From assembly GCA_002269645.1 (NCBI GenBank), contig NIVC01000061.1:310001-374000 (forward strand): a stretch of 64,000 nt of DNA. The letters are read 5' to 3'. This document shows positions 1 to 19,795 of this stretch, piece by piece (the first letter of the stretch is position 1; each line of letters opens with the position of its first letter). The DNA comes from Macrostomum lignano (taxonomy: Eukaryota). The notes beneath the pieces were generated by a model. It saw only the letters and a list, made by a program, of their open reading frames with translations. It was not told the origin of the DNA and ran no database searches. The translations under genes and the position numbers were made by a program.

Positions 1-1245
1 TGAGTATTGTGTGAATTCCATTGTAAACAGAGTGTGAATGCGGTCTGAGTATTGTGTGAATTCCATTGTGAACAGAGTGTGAATGCGGTCTGAGTATTGT
101 GTGAATTCCATTGTGAACAGAGTGTGAATGCGGTCTGAGTATTGTGTGAATTCCATTATGAAGAAAGTGTGAATGCGGTCTGAGTATTGTGTGAATTCCA
201 TTGTGAACAGAGTGTGAATGCGGTCTGAGTATTGTGTGAATTCCATTGTAAACAGAGTGTGAATGCGGTCTGAGTATTGTGTGAATTCCATTGTGAACAG
301 AGTGTGAATGCGGTCTGAGTATTGTGTGAATTCCATTATGAAGAAAGTGTGAATGCGGTCTGAGTATTGTGTGAATTCCATTGTAAACAGAGTGTGAATG
401 CGGTCTGAGTATTGTGTGAATTCCATTGTAAACAGAGTGTGAATGCGGTCTGAGTATTGTGTGAATTCCATTGTGAACAGAGTGTGAATGCGGTCTGAGT
501 ATTGTGTGAATTCCATTATGAAGAAAGTGTGAATGCGGTCTGAGTATTGTGTGAATTCCATTGTGAACAGAGTGTGAATGCGGTCTGAGTATTGTGTGAA
601 TTCCATTATGAAGAAAGTGTGAATGCAGCCTGAGTATTGTGTGAATTCCATTGTAAACAGAGTGTGAATGCGGTCTGAGTATTGTGTGAATTCCATTGTA
701 AACAGTGTGTGAATGCGGTCTGAGTATTGTGTGAATTCCATTGTAAACAGAGTGTGAATGCGGTCTGAGTATTGTGTGAATTCCATTGTGAACAGAGTGT
801 GAATGCGGTCTGAGTATTGTGTGAATTCCATTATGAAGAAAGTGTGAATGCGGTCTGAGTATTGTGTGAATTCCATTATGAAGAAAGTGTGAATGCAGCC
901 TGAGTATTGTGTGAATTCCATTATGAAGAAAGTGTGAATGCAGCCTGAGTATTGTGTGAATTCCATTGTGAACAGTGTGTGAATGCGGTCTGAGTATTGT
1001 GTGAATTCCATTGTAAACAGTGTGTGAATGCGGTCTGAGTATTGTGTGAATTCCATTATGAAGAAAGTGTGAATGCAGCCTGAGTATTGTGTGAATTCCA
1101 TTATGAAGAAAGTGTGAATGCAGCCTGAGTATTGTGTGAATTCCATTGTGAACAGTGTGTGAATGCGGTCTGAGTATTGTGTGAATTCCATTGTAAACAG
1201 TGTGTGACTGCGGTCTGAGTATTGTGCGACTCTCATTGTGAACAG
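1..1245. repeat. 45-bp minisatellite array (runs off the window start)
   Basis: Unit TGAGTATTGTGTGAATTCCATTGTGAACAGAGTGTGAATGCGGTC, about 27 head-to-tail copies with a few recurring variants and no unique spacers. Confidence 0.97.
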
Positions 1246-1922
1246 TGTATATGAATGTAGCTGGTCGTTTGAGCATTGCGTGAATCCCATTGTGAACATT
1301 AGAATCCCAAATTGTCAATCGGCGTACCGCACACTGCTTGCAGTGAAGATTTTGCAGTTGGGGTGGGTAGAGTGGGCTAAACTGCAGTGCGGTGACTCAG
1401 CAGTGGCGGGGAGGGCTTCCCAGGGCCGGGGGTTGTCCAAGCAGAAAACAAACCCTGGGAAAGGACAAAGTGGAGAGAGGGGGGATTTGCGCGGCCCGGA
1501 GCTGGGAGGTTTGCAGGGGGCTGTTTGCGGAACCCGATCTGCTGGGGCGGGGGCCGGGTGCAGCGCGGGACGGCCTGAATGGGGGGGGTTGTGTTTTTGG
1601 AACTGAATGAACGCGCGCGCATTCTCCTGCCTTATAGCCGTAGCCTTGCTCGTCTGCCGTGCCATTCATTCATTCACCTTTCCTCACCTCATTTTCATTC
1701 GCTAATTTAGCAAGAAACTCCAACAACCAACTACGGCGAGGAAGACAACGGAGACCAAGGCGTCAGGGACGGGCGGCTCTGTCCAATCATGTCGCGGAGG
1801 GGGCTTGGAGACTCCAGCTAGGAATTGCGCAAATAAATTTGTGCGCAAATAAATTTGCATGGCGACTCTGAGCGGCCTTGCCCGGATCGAGCCCGGAATG
1901 TCTTAGCAGCTGGTGGCCGGTC

Positions 1923-10227
<8,305 letters not shown>

Positions 10228-10324
10228 TATTCCGAATTTTTCCAATGTGAACTCGAGCCAAAATTGCTGCAGTTCTGCTTGAGGGTCGCTTTTAAGGCAC
10301 CCAGCCTCCTCCTTGAAGCAATCA

Positions 10325-10817
10325 TCCTCCCTGCAGCACCCTTCCCTTCCAGCACCCTTCAACCTGCAGCACCCTCCTCCCTGCAGTACCCTCCTCCCTG
10401 CAGTACCCTACCCCTGCAGCACCCTCCTCCCTGCAGCACCCTCCTCCCTGCAGCACCCTCCTCCCTGCAGTACCCTACCCCTGCAGCACCCTCCTCCCTG
10501 CAGCACCCTCCTCCCTGCAGTACCCTCCTCCCTGCAGTACCCTACCCCTGCAGCACCCTCCTCCCTGCAGCACCCTCCTCCCTGCAGCACCCTCCTCCCT
10601 GCAGCACCCTCCTCCCTGCAGCACCCTCCTTCCAACAGCACCCTCCTCCCTGCAGCACCCTACCCCTGCAGCACCCTCCTCCCTGCAGCACCCTCCTCCC
10701 TGCAGCACCCTCCTCCCTGCAGCACCCTCCTCCCTGCAGCACCCTCCTCCCTGCAGCACCCTCCTTCCTGCAGCACCCTCCTCCCTGCAGCACCCTCCTC
10801 CCTGCAACACCCTCCCT
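10325..10817. repeat. C-rich minisatellite downstream of the convertase stop
   Basis: Units based on CCTGCAGCACCCTCCTC. Confidence 0.93.
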
Positions 10818-11734
10818 GTTCGATCTAGCGTCATTTCTCCATTTAAGCAACAATTTTGGCTCCAATTCAACACAGAGCAGTGAATTCCATACTACGAGCC
10901 ACATGAATATCACCAAAAGTTTTTCATGTGCCCTCTTGTCCGCAGCAGGCATATTGTAAATATTCAGTTGACAGTCCTTCCTCAGAGCAATCGTCTGGTT
11001 TCATCATTGCTTGAATATAAATTTCTGATTAAATGCACATTTTCAAACAAGAGTATAGTATTATTTAGCATCAATAATTGTCCATTAATATATCAGGAAC
11101 TTGTTGGTTAACAAATATAATGTTATATTTCAATTGGTGTGCTCTGTAAATATCTTGTGTAAATAATACAGTTTGCTCCACAAGTGACTACTCACATTCT
11201 ACTAACAATAATTCTGATTTCTGCTATCTAGCATCTATAACGAAGCATTTGATAAAAAGAATAGCCAACAACAATGACAACAAAAATCATTTTTCCGTTA
11301 AAAACCGTGAAGTACTACTGTCTACTCATGGCTACTCATTAAAATGAAAAGCAAGTCAGTGCGATTTCTTGAAAAATTACGAGCGTTCTTGGGGTTCGTT
11401 CCTCACTCTGGGGCCCGTCGTACGTCAAGAGTCTTCAGGCACTCGACGCCGGCAGTGCGTGATGTTGAAGCAACTCAGGGCAGACGCCAGGTGCCCCAGA
11501 TTAGTATTTTTTACCTGATTTCAGAATAATTTAACAGAAAAGATTAACAAAATCGGGAGTCACAGAAAACGGAGTGCATCGGCAATAACAAGAATAACCA
11601 GAATAGTCTCGGTTGTGAAGTTTCGCGTCAATGAAAGCAAGTGCTTTTAGCGTTTATGAAATTTTGCATTTTGAAATTTTGAAACCCCTCAGTGGCCAGG
11701 TAGCATTACTGAGCATGAGATCTATTGTCTCATC

Positions 11735-12045
11735 ACATAATAATATAATAATCGATTACACCTGCCCCAATTGGGCCAGATGTGCAACCGGCAGCTCAGC
11801 CGCAGCTATTGCGCGGCGCATCTGAAGGCTGCGTACGGCTGTTCAGTCCAAGGACTGGGGGGGTCGCCACACACACCCTCAATTACCCCAGCTAATGCTG
11901 GCATCCATTTTACAGCTGGGTGAACTGAAGCAATGCAGAGTTAAGTGTCTTGCTCAAGGACATAAATTGTTCCTGTGGGATCGGGAATCGAACCCCCGAC
12001 CTTCGAGTCGTGAGTCCGACGCTCTGACCACTGGACTACAACTCC
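11735..12045 (-). mobile_element. tRNA-derived SINE with Nin/Deu-like central domain, full-length copy
   Basis: The minus strand begins GGAGTTGTAGTCCAGTGGTCAGAGCG...GGTTCGATTCCCG (Pol III A and B boxes). It continues with TCCTTGAGCAAGACACTTAACTCT (Nin/Deu-like core) and ends in an ATT-rich tail. A second copy lies at 62699-62962. Confidence 0.85.
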
Positions 12046-12157
12046 AGTGTCTCTCCAGTTTTTGTTAGGTAACATTCATCATGGTTCTTGAAGTTGTGAG
12101 ATCATTAGTGGCCAAAACATTCTCTGAGACAACCCCAAAGCCCAAACAACCCTGCCT

Positions 12158-13697
12158 CTAGCCACCCCTCTTGTTGACTCCAGGGTCCGGCGCCACGGTG
12201 GCGCCCTGACCGCAGGCTCGGCCGCAGGCTCGCCCCCCGAACAGCAGGCGGTTGCAGGAGCGCCGGAAGTCGGCGGAGCGCCAATAGTAGATGAACAGAT
12301 TGGCCGTGCAGTTGACCAGCTGCAGCACCCGGATGTACGGCCCGATGCGGGAGCGCTGCGCCGGCGGCACGGGCACCAGGAAAACGAAGCCGATGCGGGA
12401 CGACACCTGGGTGGCGAACATGACGGCCACGGTGAAGAAGACCGTGTAGGAGGCCTCGCGAAGCTCTCTGCGGTCAGTGCGGGTGACAGGTATATATTTG
12501 CAGTTTTAATGGGCTGAGAGTAGGGGGCAGAGCAGTACAGTGTGGTAAGCGTGTCTGACTCCACACCCCTCAGGACCAACCCCCAAAGCACAGTGAAGTG
12601 TACATGCCTAACGATAAATAAAGTTAGGGCCGCTGTACACTCCTGTGTGAGTGTGTGCCTGTGCGTGTGACTGCATACGTATCCGCGCGCTTGTGCGCCT
12701 GCTCAGGGAATGGGCAGTAATGCCTCTCGCCGGTTGTGTAACAATGTCGCTTAAAGTTCACCAGGATGAACACAGCCCATGACCTCTAAAAAATATCCTG
12801 AGCTTCTGCTCAAAGGAGCGCCCCCACCCCTCCAGAATGTACTCGCCTATTGGTGGAGTCGGACGCCGCGTCGCTGGCAGCCGTGGTGCCGGAGAACGAT
12901 TTTAGTCGGATGAACATCACGGCCAAGGACAGCATGCTGAGCACCATGGAGGCCACGGTCAGGACCAGGGTTGAGGTGGTAGACCAGTTGTTGTAGTCCT
13001 TACCCTGCGTGCCCTGGTTGGTGCACAGCGGCACCAGAGCGTCGGGTCTGTGAGCGGGGCAAATGTGGAGCCGTGAATTCCTGGTGAAATAGTTTATTCG
13101 TGTTTTTCTGACAACTGAGGTTGGCAGCGGCTTCCAAAGAAATAAAATGGGGGATTTCTTGACACACCTTGGCAGGGTGATGATGAGGAAGCTGGCGTCC
13201 AACAGGGCGACTCCCCATCCGAGACAGCAGGCAGTCGGCAGGTACCAGCGGTTTCTGCGGCAGTAATGCAGCGGCAGCATCACGGCAAAGCAGCGATCGA
13301 TGGAGATGAGCAGGGTGAAATAAACCGAGCTGATAATCGGGAAGGACATGGCGAAGACGTCCTTGAGACAGTCGAGCGCGGTGGCAAAAGCTGGCAGGTC
13401 GTTGTAGTGCCTGTAGATTCTCTGAGCGGTCACAATCAGGTAGGACAGTCCGGTGAGCAGGTCGGCCGTGGCCAGGTTTACAAAGAGCACAAAGTACTTC
13501 TTAGAACGGAGGCTGGGCGTGAACAGGATGGTGAAGAGAATAATCGAATTGAATACGACAGACATGAAGCCGAAGCTGCAGAGCAGGATGCTGGCGCCGT
13601 TCTGAGCAGCCAGCGTCGACTTGCTCAGGGCGATGATCGCCGACATGTAGTCGACGGTAGTTGCGACGGTGCTGTTGGCGTCGGTCTCGTTGGACAT
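12158..13697 (-). CDS. Rhodopsin-class (class A) orphan GPCR, 3 exons, about 357 aa
   Basis: Exons 13697-13168, 13080-12847, 12467-12158 (1074 nt, in frame). N-terminal N-glycosylation sequons (NET, NST), FVNLATADLL (TM2), SIDRCFAV (DRY-like) and ANLFIYYWRSADFR (TM7/helix 8). The second intron is best modelled as GC-AG. Confidence 0.88.
12545..12655. other. Dispersed structured element, copy 1 (conserved hairpin 12589-12647)
   Basis: Homologous to 39855-39970. Nested stems CACAG..AGTGTACA / TGTACACT..CTGTG and CCTAAC / GTTAGG. Confidence 0.75.
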
Positions 13698-13718
13698 CGC
13701 GCTGTCTGCGATTGTGCG

Positions 13719-13838
13719 ATGGGGATTCCAATATCGATGGGGATTCCAATATCGATGGGGATTCTAATATCGATGGGGGTTCCAATATCGATGGGGATTC
13801 CAATATCGATGGGGGTTCCAGTATCGATTGGGATTCCA
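13719..13838. repeat. 18-bp minisatellite just upstream of the GPCR start
   Basis: Unit GATGGGGATTCCAATATC. Confidence 0.93.
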
Positions 13839-13879
13839 AAATGGATTGGGCTTTGAGACGGTGCTTGGGTGCTCGGAAA

Positions 13880-14188
13880 GGGCAGGGGTTTATGGGGGAT
13901 GGGTTTATGAGGGAGGGTTTATGGGGGAGGGTTTTATGGGGCAGGGTTTATGGGTAGGGGTTTATGGGGGATGGGTTTATGGGGGAGGGTTTATGGGGGA
14001 GGGTTTATGGGGAGGGTTTATGGGGGAGGGTTTATGGGGGAGGGTTTATGGGGCAGGGTTTATGGGGAGGGTTTATGGGGCAGGGTTTATGGGGCAGGGT
14101 TTATGGGGGAGGGATTTATGAGGGAGGGTTTATGAGCAATGGTTTATGGGGCAGGGCTTATGGGCAAGGGTTATGGGGGAGGGGTTTA
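13880..14188. repeat. 13-bp G-rich minisatellite
   Basis: Unit GGGGAGGGTTTAT. Confidence 0.93.
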
Positions 14189-14940
14189 TTGAAGCTCAAA
14201 GAATAGAAGCAACTCACTTGTCAGTTTCCAATTTCGCGTTTTGTTACTACAGACTCTCTCTGAGACTGCTCGGAGACTAATCCTCAGCCGCTGCTGCAGA
14301 GGCCAATTTATATCCAAGAGAAGCCGGACATACAGCCGGACCCAAGCCGGATTGGGGGTTGGGATCTTTTCCCCAGGCAACTGGGGCAACCTGTGTTTCT
14401 AGGCATTGCCAGACTCATTCAGAGCGCGCTTTTTTCGAGATGAGATTTTAAACGAGGAAAAATTTTTAATCAGATATAAAAAATTTAATTATCTTCTGGG
14501 AAATTGAGTGTGTTCCCTTATCAACTAATCCGATTTCGGCTGCGGTTCGGGGAGGGAGGGGAGATGAATTTAAACACAGGGCGCGAGTTTGGAAAGATTT
14601 TCGAACGGCTTGGCGTCGGGTAAGTGGCCCGGTCACGAGAACTGTGAAAAATTCTTGATCTCTTTCAGCATATAATATTCGAATATTAGCCTCCTCCAGG
14701 CATTGCCCATTAGCCTCCTCTAAGCCTCCCATTAGCATCTTCTTAGCAGCATCATAGCTTCCTCTTGAGCTTCCAATCAGCTTTAAATTAGTTCCGTATA
14801 GTTTACCTTTACCATCCTTCTAGCATCTGCCACTGATTTCAGTAGTATATTGAGTGGATGCAGCCTGCGACTGAATCTGGCAGCGGCTATGAGCGAAAAC
14901 TGCTGAAGTGCAAAGAAAAATGCGCTTTTCAGAATGCCCC

Positions 14941-15390
<450 letters not shown>

Positions 15391-15748
15391 CGTTTGTTTG
15401 TCGGCTTTATGCCTGGTGCAATAAAGCTCCACCAAATGAATACATTTCTGTAGTCTATGGCCCGGCCCAAGCGGGGAAATCAAACAGCCAAATTGGTGCT
15501 CATTGAACCAAATTAAGTGCTACAGTGCCAGGCCTTGCAACCATAGACAGATGAAATTAAAGCCCTGCCTTCTTTGCGCATTTTGCTCTGATAAATAAGA
15601 GATGAAAAGTGAATACAGTTCAAGCAATGGCAGACTGTCCATCATGCAGCTATGCGCGCTCGCATTTCAGCCGTTAGTCAGCAAAGCGACATAGGAGTAC
15701 AAAACAACTGGTTGCTGCTCCTGAAGCAATGCTAAAAATGCAGTCTTG

Positions 15749-18477
15749 TGTTGTGCAATCGTACCCTTTCTCACCCTCTTGCCCCGCCCCAACCCTCCAG
15801 TCTGCCCCACCCCTCCAATCAATAATCAATGCGTACGCCGATCACGCCACCCCGCCCCAACTCCCCTGCTGTACCGTACATTTGTTCTTAGTCAGTTAAG
15901 TCTTAAGTCACTGTTCTTAAGGCACTAACTTTGAGTCATCGCTGGTAAAGCAGCTGTGTCAGCTGATGGCTGTCAAAAAATACCGAACAACTGTATCATC
16001 CCATGGCCGATGGCCAAGCAGAAAGCTTTAACAAAACGCTAAAAAATATGATAAAATGCCGGCAGAGTGAGGCTGAGAGTGATTGAGAAGAGCTGATCGC
16101 TCCATCACTTCTCGCCTACCGCAGTAGTGTCCATCGTGGCACTGGGTACACTCCGTACTACATGTTGTACGCAAAAGAAACGCGGCTTCCAGTCGATATT
16201 GGGAACCTGCCGGAAGCAGTACCGGCTGATGCACCGGAGTACCTGTTGTCTCTGAGGCACAGGCTCGCGGAGGCACATTCACATGTAAGGCAGAATCTGC
16301 AAAATTACCAGCGAAAACAGAAAATCATATACGACTCAAGGGTTAGAGGTCCGACGATAGAAGTAGGAGATTCGGTACTCGAATATTCGCCGGCCCTGCA
16401 GCCGAACGAAGCGGCAAAATTTCACAATTATTGGAAGGGCCCAGCCGAGGTGATATAGAAGCTGTCGGACATTAACTTCAGAATTCGCCATCAGAACAGT
16501 AGGAAATACAGAGTGGTGCACTATAACAACCTTCGCAAAGTGCCTCAACGTCCCGTTGAGCTGCAGACTCCAAGACCGCCGAAGCAAAGGCGCAGTAAAC
16601 GGAAGGGGCAACGTGAAGTTGTTGTCGTTGGCGAAGAGCCGCAAGAGTCGGAGCCCGACTCGGATGGCGATGACTCACAGTTTGTCTATGTGCCAGCGGC
16701 GGTGCATCAAGACATCCACGCGCTGCAGGACCAACCGGTTCACGCTGCAGCACCTCCGGCTTCGCGATGCAGGCTTCGGCCTAGGAGAAACAATCCGCCT
16801 GCTCGCTACGGCGACCCAGTACTGTACTAGTTCCATGCATTCAAACTATCAATAAAAATTGTTAAAATCCAAAAAATACAAAACAGCACAAAAACAACAA
16901 AAAACAACACTTGCTAATAAAGTACATGCTTACAGTAAGCAAGCAGTTCAATTACAGTATTAGTTCAGAAGTAGTCGGGCTAGATCGGTTTGCCTTTGCT
17001 GGAGAGCTTAGCGGTGGGTGGCACCTGCTCGGGAAGCTGCACTCCCTGTTCCCATGTTGGGGTTCCTCGGCTCGGTCCTCGGGAGTTGTGGGGGAGGGCC
17101 AGGCTCAAAGGACACCCAGGGCAAGGAGTCGAGCATCAAAGACCGGCAGGAGGAGTCACTGCGCAGCTGACTGCACCTACGGATCCGTCCAGCGTGAGAA
17201 CAGTGAACCGGCGCGCGGGAGATGCGGATGCGGCTTCAGCAAGTCGGCCGGAGGCTGGATGGCGCAAGTCGACGGGATCTCGGTGGTGTCAGGCAAGCTC
17301 CAGCAGGCATCAGCGGCGCCAGTGACAACGCTCAGGACATCTCCAGTACGACCGAGAGTCGCGGTACAAGGACTTCTGCTGGCGAGGCATGTGCAGCCGG
17401 ACGAAGGAGGTTCAGCAGCAACGGTGGCAGACAGCGATGACCAGGGCCTCAGTGACATCACCGGTTTTCGGCGTCAGCGAGCGACTTCCGGGTGCCAGAG
17501 TGCCAATCGTCGAGTCGGCTCGCGAATCGTCGGGTGTCCGTCGTGTTGGAGTCGAGCAGGAGTCCGGCGCAGCCCATTCGGCCTGATTTACTTCATTTTA
17601 GTGTATTTTTCATCATGCTTTTTGGTTCATGTTTTTTTTCAATTGACAATTTGACATTATTAAACTGTTGTTTTACGTTCATGTCGCAAGAAAGTTTTCA
17701 ACGTTAAATTAACATCGGTAGACAGTGGTGCAATTTTTTCGTTTCGTTGCGGTTGTCACCCTGAAGTTCTTGCTTTCTTATTTTTCGCGTTTATTTCTCT
17801 AACATTTATCGTCCAAAATGCGTTTCCTCAACACTCGTACATGTTTCATATGCGTCAAACTCATGTTTTCATTATTCGAATGTTGCTAACGCTGAGACTG
17901 TTCGTCATAAATGTCGTTGTCTTGCTATTAATTATTCGCGTTAATCCTCATTGCGCCGTCGTATCTGTCCAAGTCATCGAATCCTGTCTTTGTCTCCATT
18001 CAGTCTTTGTTCTTGTGACTCGCCTTTTTTAAGGAGGGGAGGATGTTGTGCAATCGTGCCCTTTCTTGCCCTCCTGCCCCGCCCCAACCCTCCAGTCTGC
18101 CCCACCCCTCCAATCAATAATCAATGCGTACGCCGATCACGCCACCCCGCCCCACCTCCCCTGCTGTACCGTACATTTGTTCTTAAGTTATATTCATGTA
18201 CGCGTAGGACCAATGAAAAATATATAGTCGCTGTCTGGAGGGCAGACTCCTCCCTTGCGCGCGTTGGTCCGCCTCCGTTGGCTATTAACTAAAACGACTC
18301 GTCGATCTACCATAAAAAGTGCACGGCGAACTGCATCGGCTACGGTGTGTAAGTTCGTGTTTCGAGTTACTGTCCTTTTTCTGCTTCTCCCTAGGGCGCG
18401 GGACGGGAGCTCTGACTGGGGACCTGGAGGTCGCAGCTTCCCGACAGGCGTTGCTCCGGAGGACGGGGCTCACAACA
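15749..18477 (+). mobile_element. Internally deleted Gypsy/Ty3 LTR retrotransposon
   Basis: 5-prime LTR remnant 15749-~15890 matches the start of the complete 3-prime LTR 18044-18477 (TGTTGTG...CACAACA). Polypurine tract AAGGAGGGGAGGA directly precedes 18044. Flanks are CTTG/CCTG (possible 4-bp TSD with one mismatch). Only the integrase C-terminal half survives. Confidence 0.88.
15927..16830 (+). pseudogene. Gypsy integrase C-terminal fragment
   Basis: Reads NFESSLVKQLCQLM...YHPMADGQAESFNKTLKNM...LLAYRSSVHRGTGYTPYYMLY...YWKGPAEVI*KLSDINFRI...VHYNNLRK. Contains a frameshift, an in-frame TGA near 16083 and a TAG at 16456. Confidence 0.9.
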
Positions 18478-18622
18478 CCTGCAAAGCGGAAAAATACCAG
18501 TTTTTTAAGTAACAAAGCTATGTATCCTGAAAAGTATGTATTGGTTTACAAAACTCGCATTTTTAAACTCTGACTGCAATTTCAACTTTTTTAACTTCAA
18601 CTCTACTGGATTATAGAAATGT

Positions 18623-18795
18623 AAATGGCTACGGCTATGGTTATGGTTATGGCTATGGCTACGGCTATGGCTGTGGCTATGGCTGTGGCTATGGCTATGG
18701 CTATGGCTATGGCTATGGCTATGAGAATGGCTCTGGCTATGGCTATGGCTATGGCTATGGCTACGGCTATGGCTGTGGCTATGGCTATGGCTACG
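18623..18795. repeat. (ATGGCT)n hexamer repeat
   Basis: Direct reading of the sequence. Confidence 0.95.
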
Positions 18796-19399
18796 TCCAT
18801 TTCCAATGCGCTAATTTTACTTGAACTCTTTGACAATATTGTAAACTAGAAGGCAAAGCACCCTTGAATAGCCAAGTCGTGCTCCTCACTGATCAACTCA
18901 ACTACCTAACCGTGATAAAATCCGAAATGAATTAACAATTAACTACTAATCAGAGTATTTTAGAGTATACTCGTATATACCCCAACTGTAAGTCATTTTA
19001 CGGCTCAGCATGACGAATTCTTATCTTTTAGATCATTTTTAGAAAAAAAATTAGACTTTTTCTTTGTCATCTGAATAAATTGTATGCACTTAAACTGGTT
19101 CAATTCCTCAATGGCATCTTTTAGCAGAAACCAAAGCTTTACTCATTTCAAGAATCAAAGTTGAAAAACGTGCTTTTATGAAGCTAATGCAACAAGGCGA
19201 AACGACAGTTTATGGTAAAAAAAATGATTTATTACCACCTGCTAGGGCTGCAGAAAGCATGCCAGAAACTTGGGATATCATCTAAAGACGCGAATTATCA
19301 GATATAGGTAATAAAGAAAAGAAACTGATCTGCAGACAGAAAGAAAATGATCTACAGGCAGGCAGAGGCTGATCTACAGGCAGGCAGAGGCTGATCTAC

Positions 19400-19725
19400 A
19401 AGAGTGACGACAGGAGGTGAACTACAGAGTGACGACAGGAGGTGAACTACAGAGCGACGAGAGGTGAACTACAGAGTGACGACAGGAGGTGAACTACAGA
19501 GTGACGACAGGAGGTGAACTACCAGAGTGACAAAAAGTGAACTACAGAGTGACAGGAGGTGAACTACAGAGTAACAGAAGTGAACTACAGAGTGACAATA
19601 GGTGAACTACAGAGTGACAGGAAGTGAACTACAGAGTGACAATAGGTGAACTACAGAGTGACAATAGGTGAACTACAGGGTGACGAGAGGAGGTGAACTA
19701 CAGAGTGCAGGAGGTGAACTACAGA
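19400..19725. repeat. Degenerate ~22-25-bp minisatellite
   Basis: Core AGGTGAACTACAGAGTGAC. Confidence 0.9.
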
Positions 19726-19795
19726 AAAAGGCGCAGATCTGCAGACAAATATAAAAGTAGAAGCTGATCAAACAACAGTCAAACGCGCACCCAGG

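Noticed and set aside
1-1245. CRISPR-like appearance of the 45-bp array (also 36783-38290 and 63185-64000)
   Set aside because: Units are contiguous with no unique spacers, there are no cas genes, and the context is eukaryotic.
1238-1871. Short GC-rich ORFs upstream of the convertase
   Set aside because: They overlap on both strands with no motif; more likely promoter/5-prime UTR sequence.
11970-12045. Functional tRNA gene on the minus strand
   Set aside because: Acceptor and anticodon stems pair poorly, there is no oligo-T terminator, and it runs straight into a SINE body that is repeated at 62.7 kb.
16083-16085. In-frame TGA in the integrase as selenocysteine or readthrough
   Set aside because: It sits at a usual Trp position (TGG to TGA) and comes with another stop and a frameshift, so it is ordinary decay.
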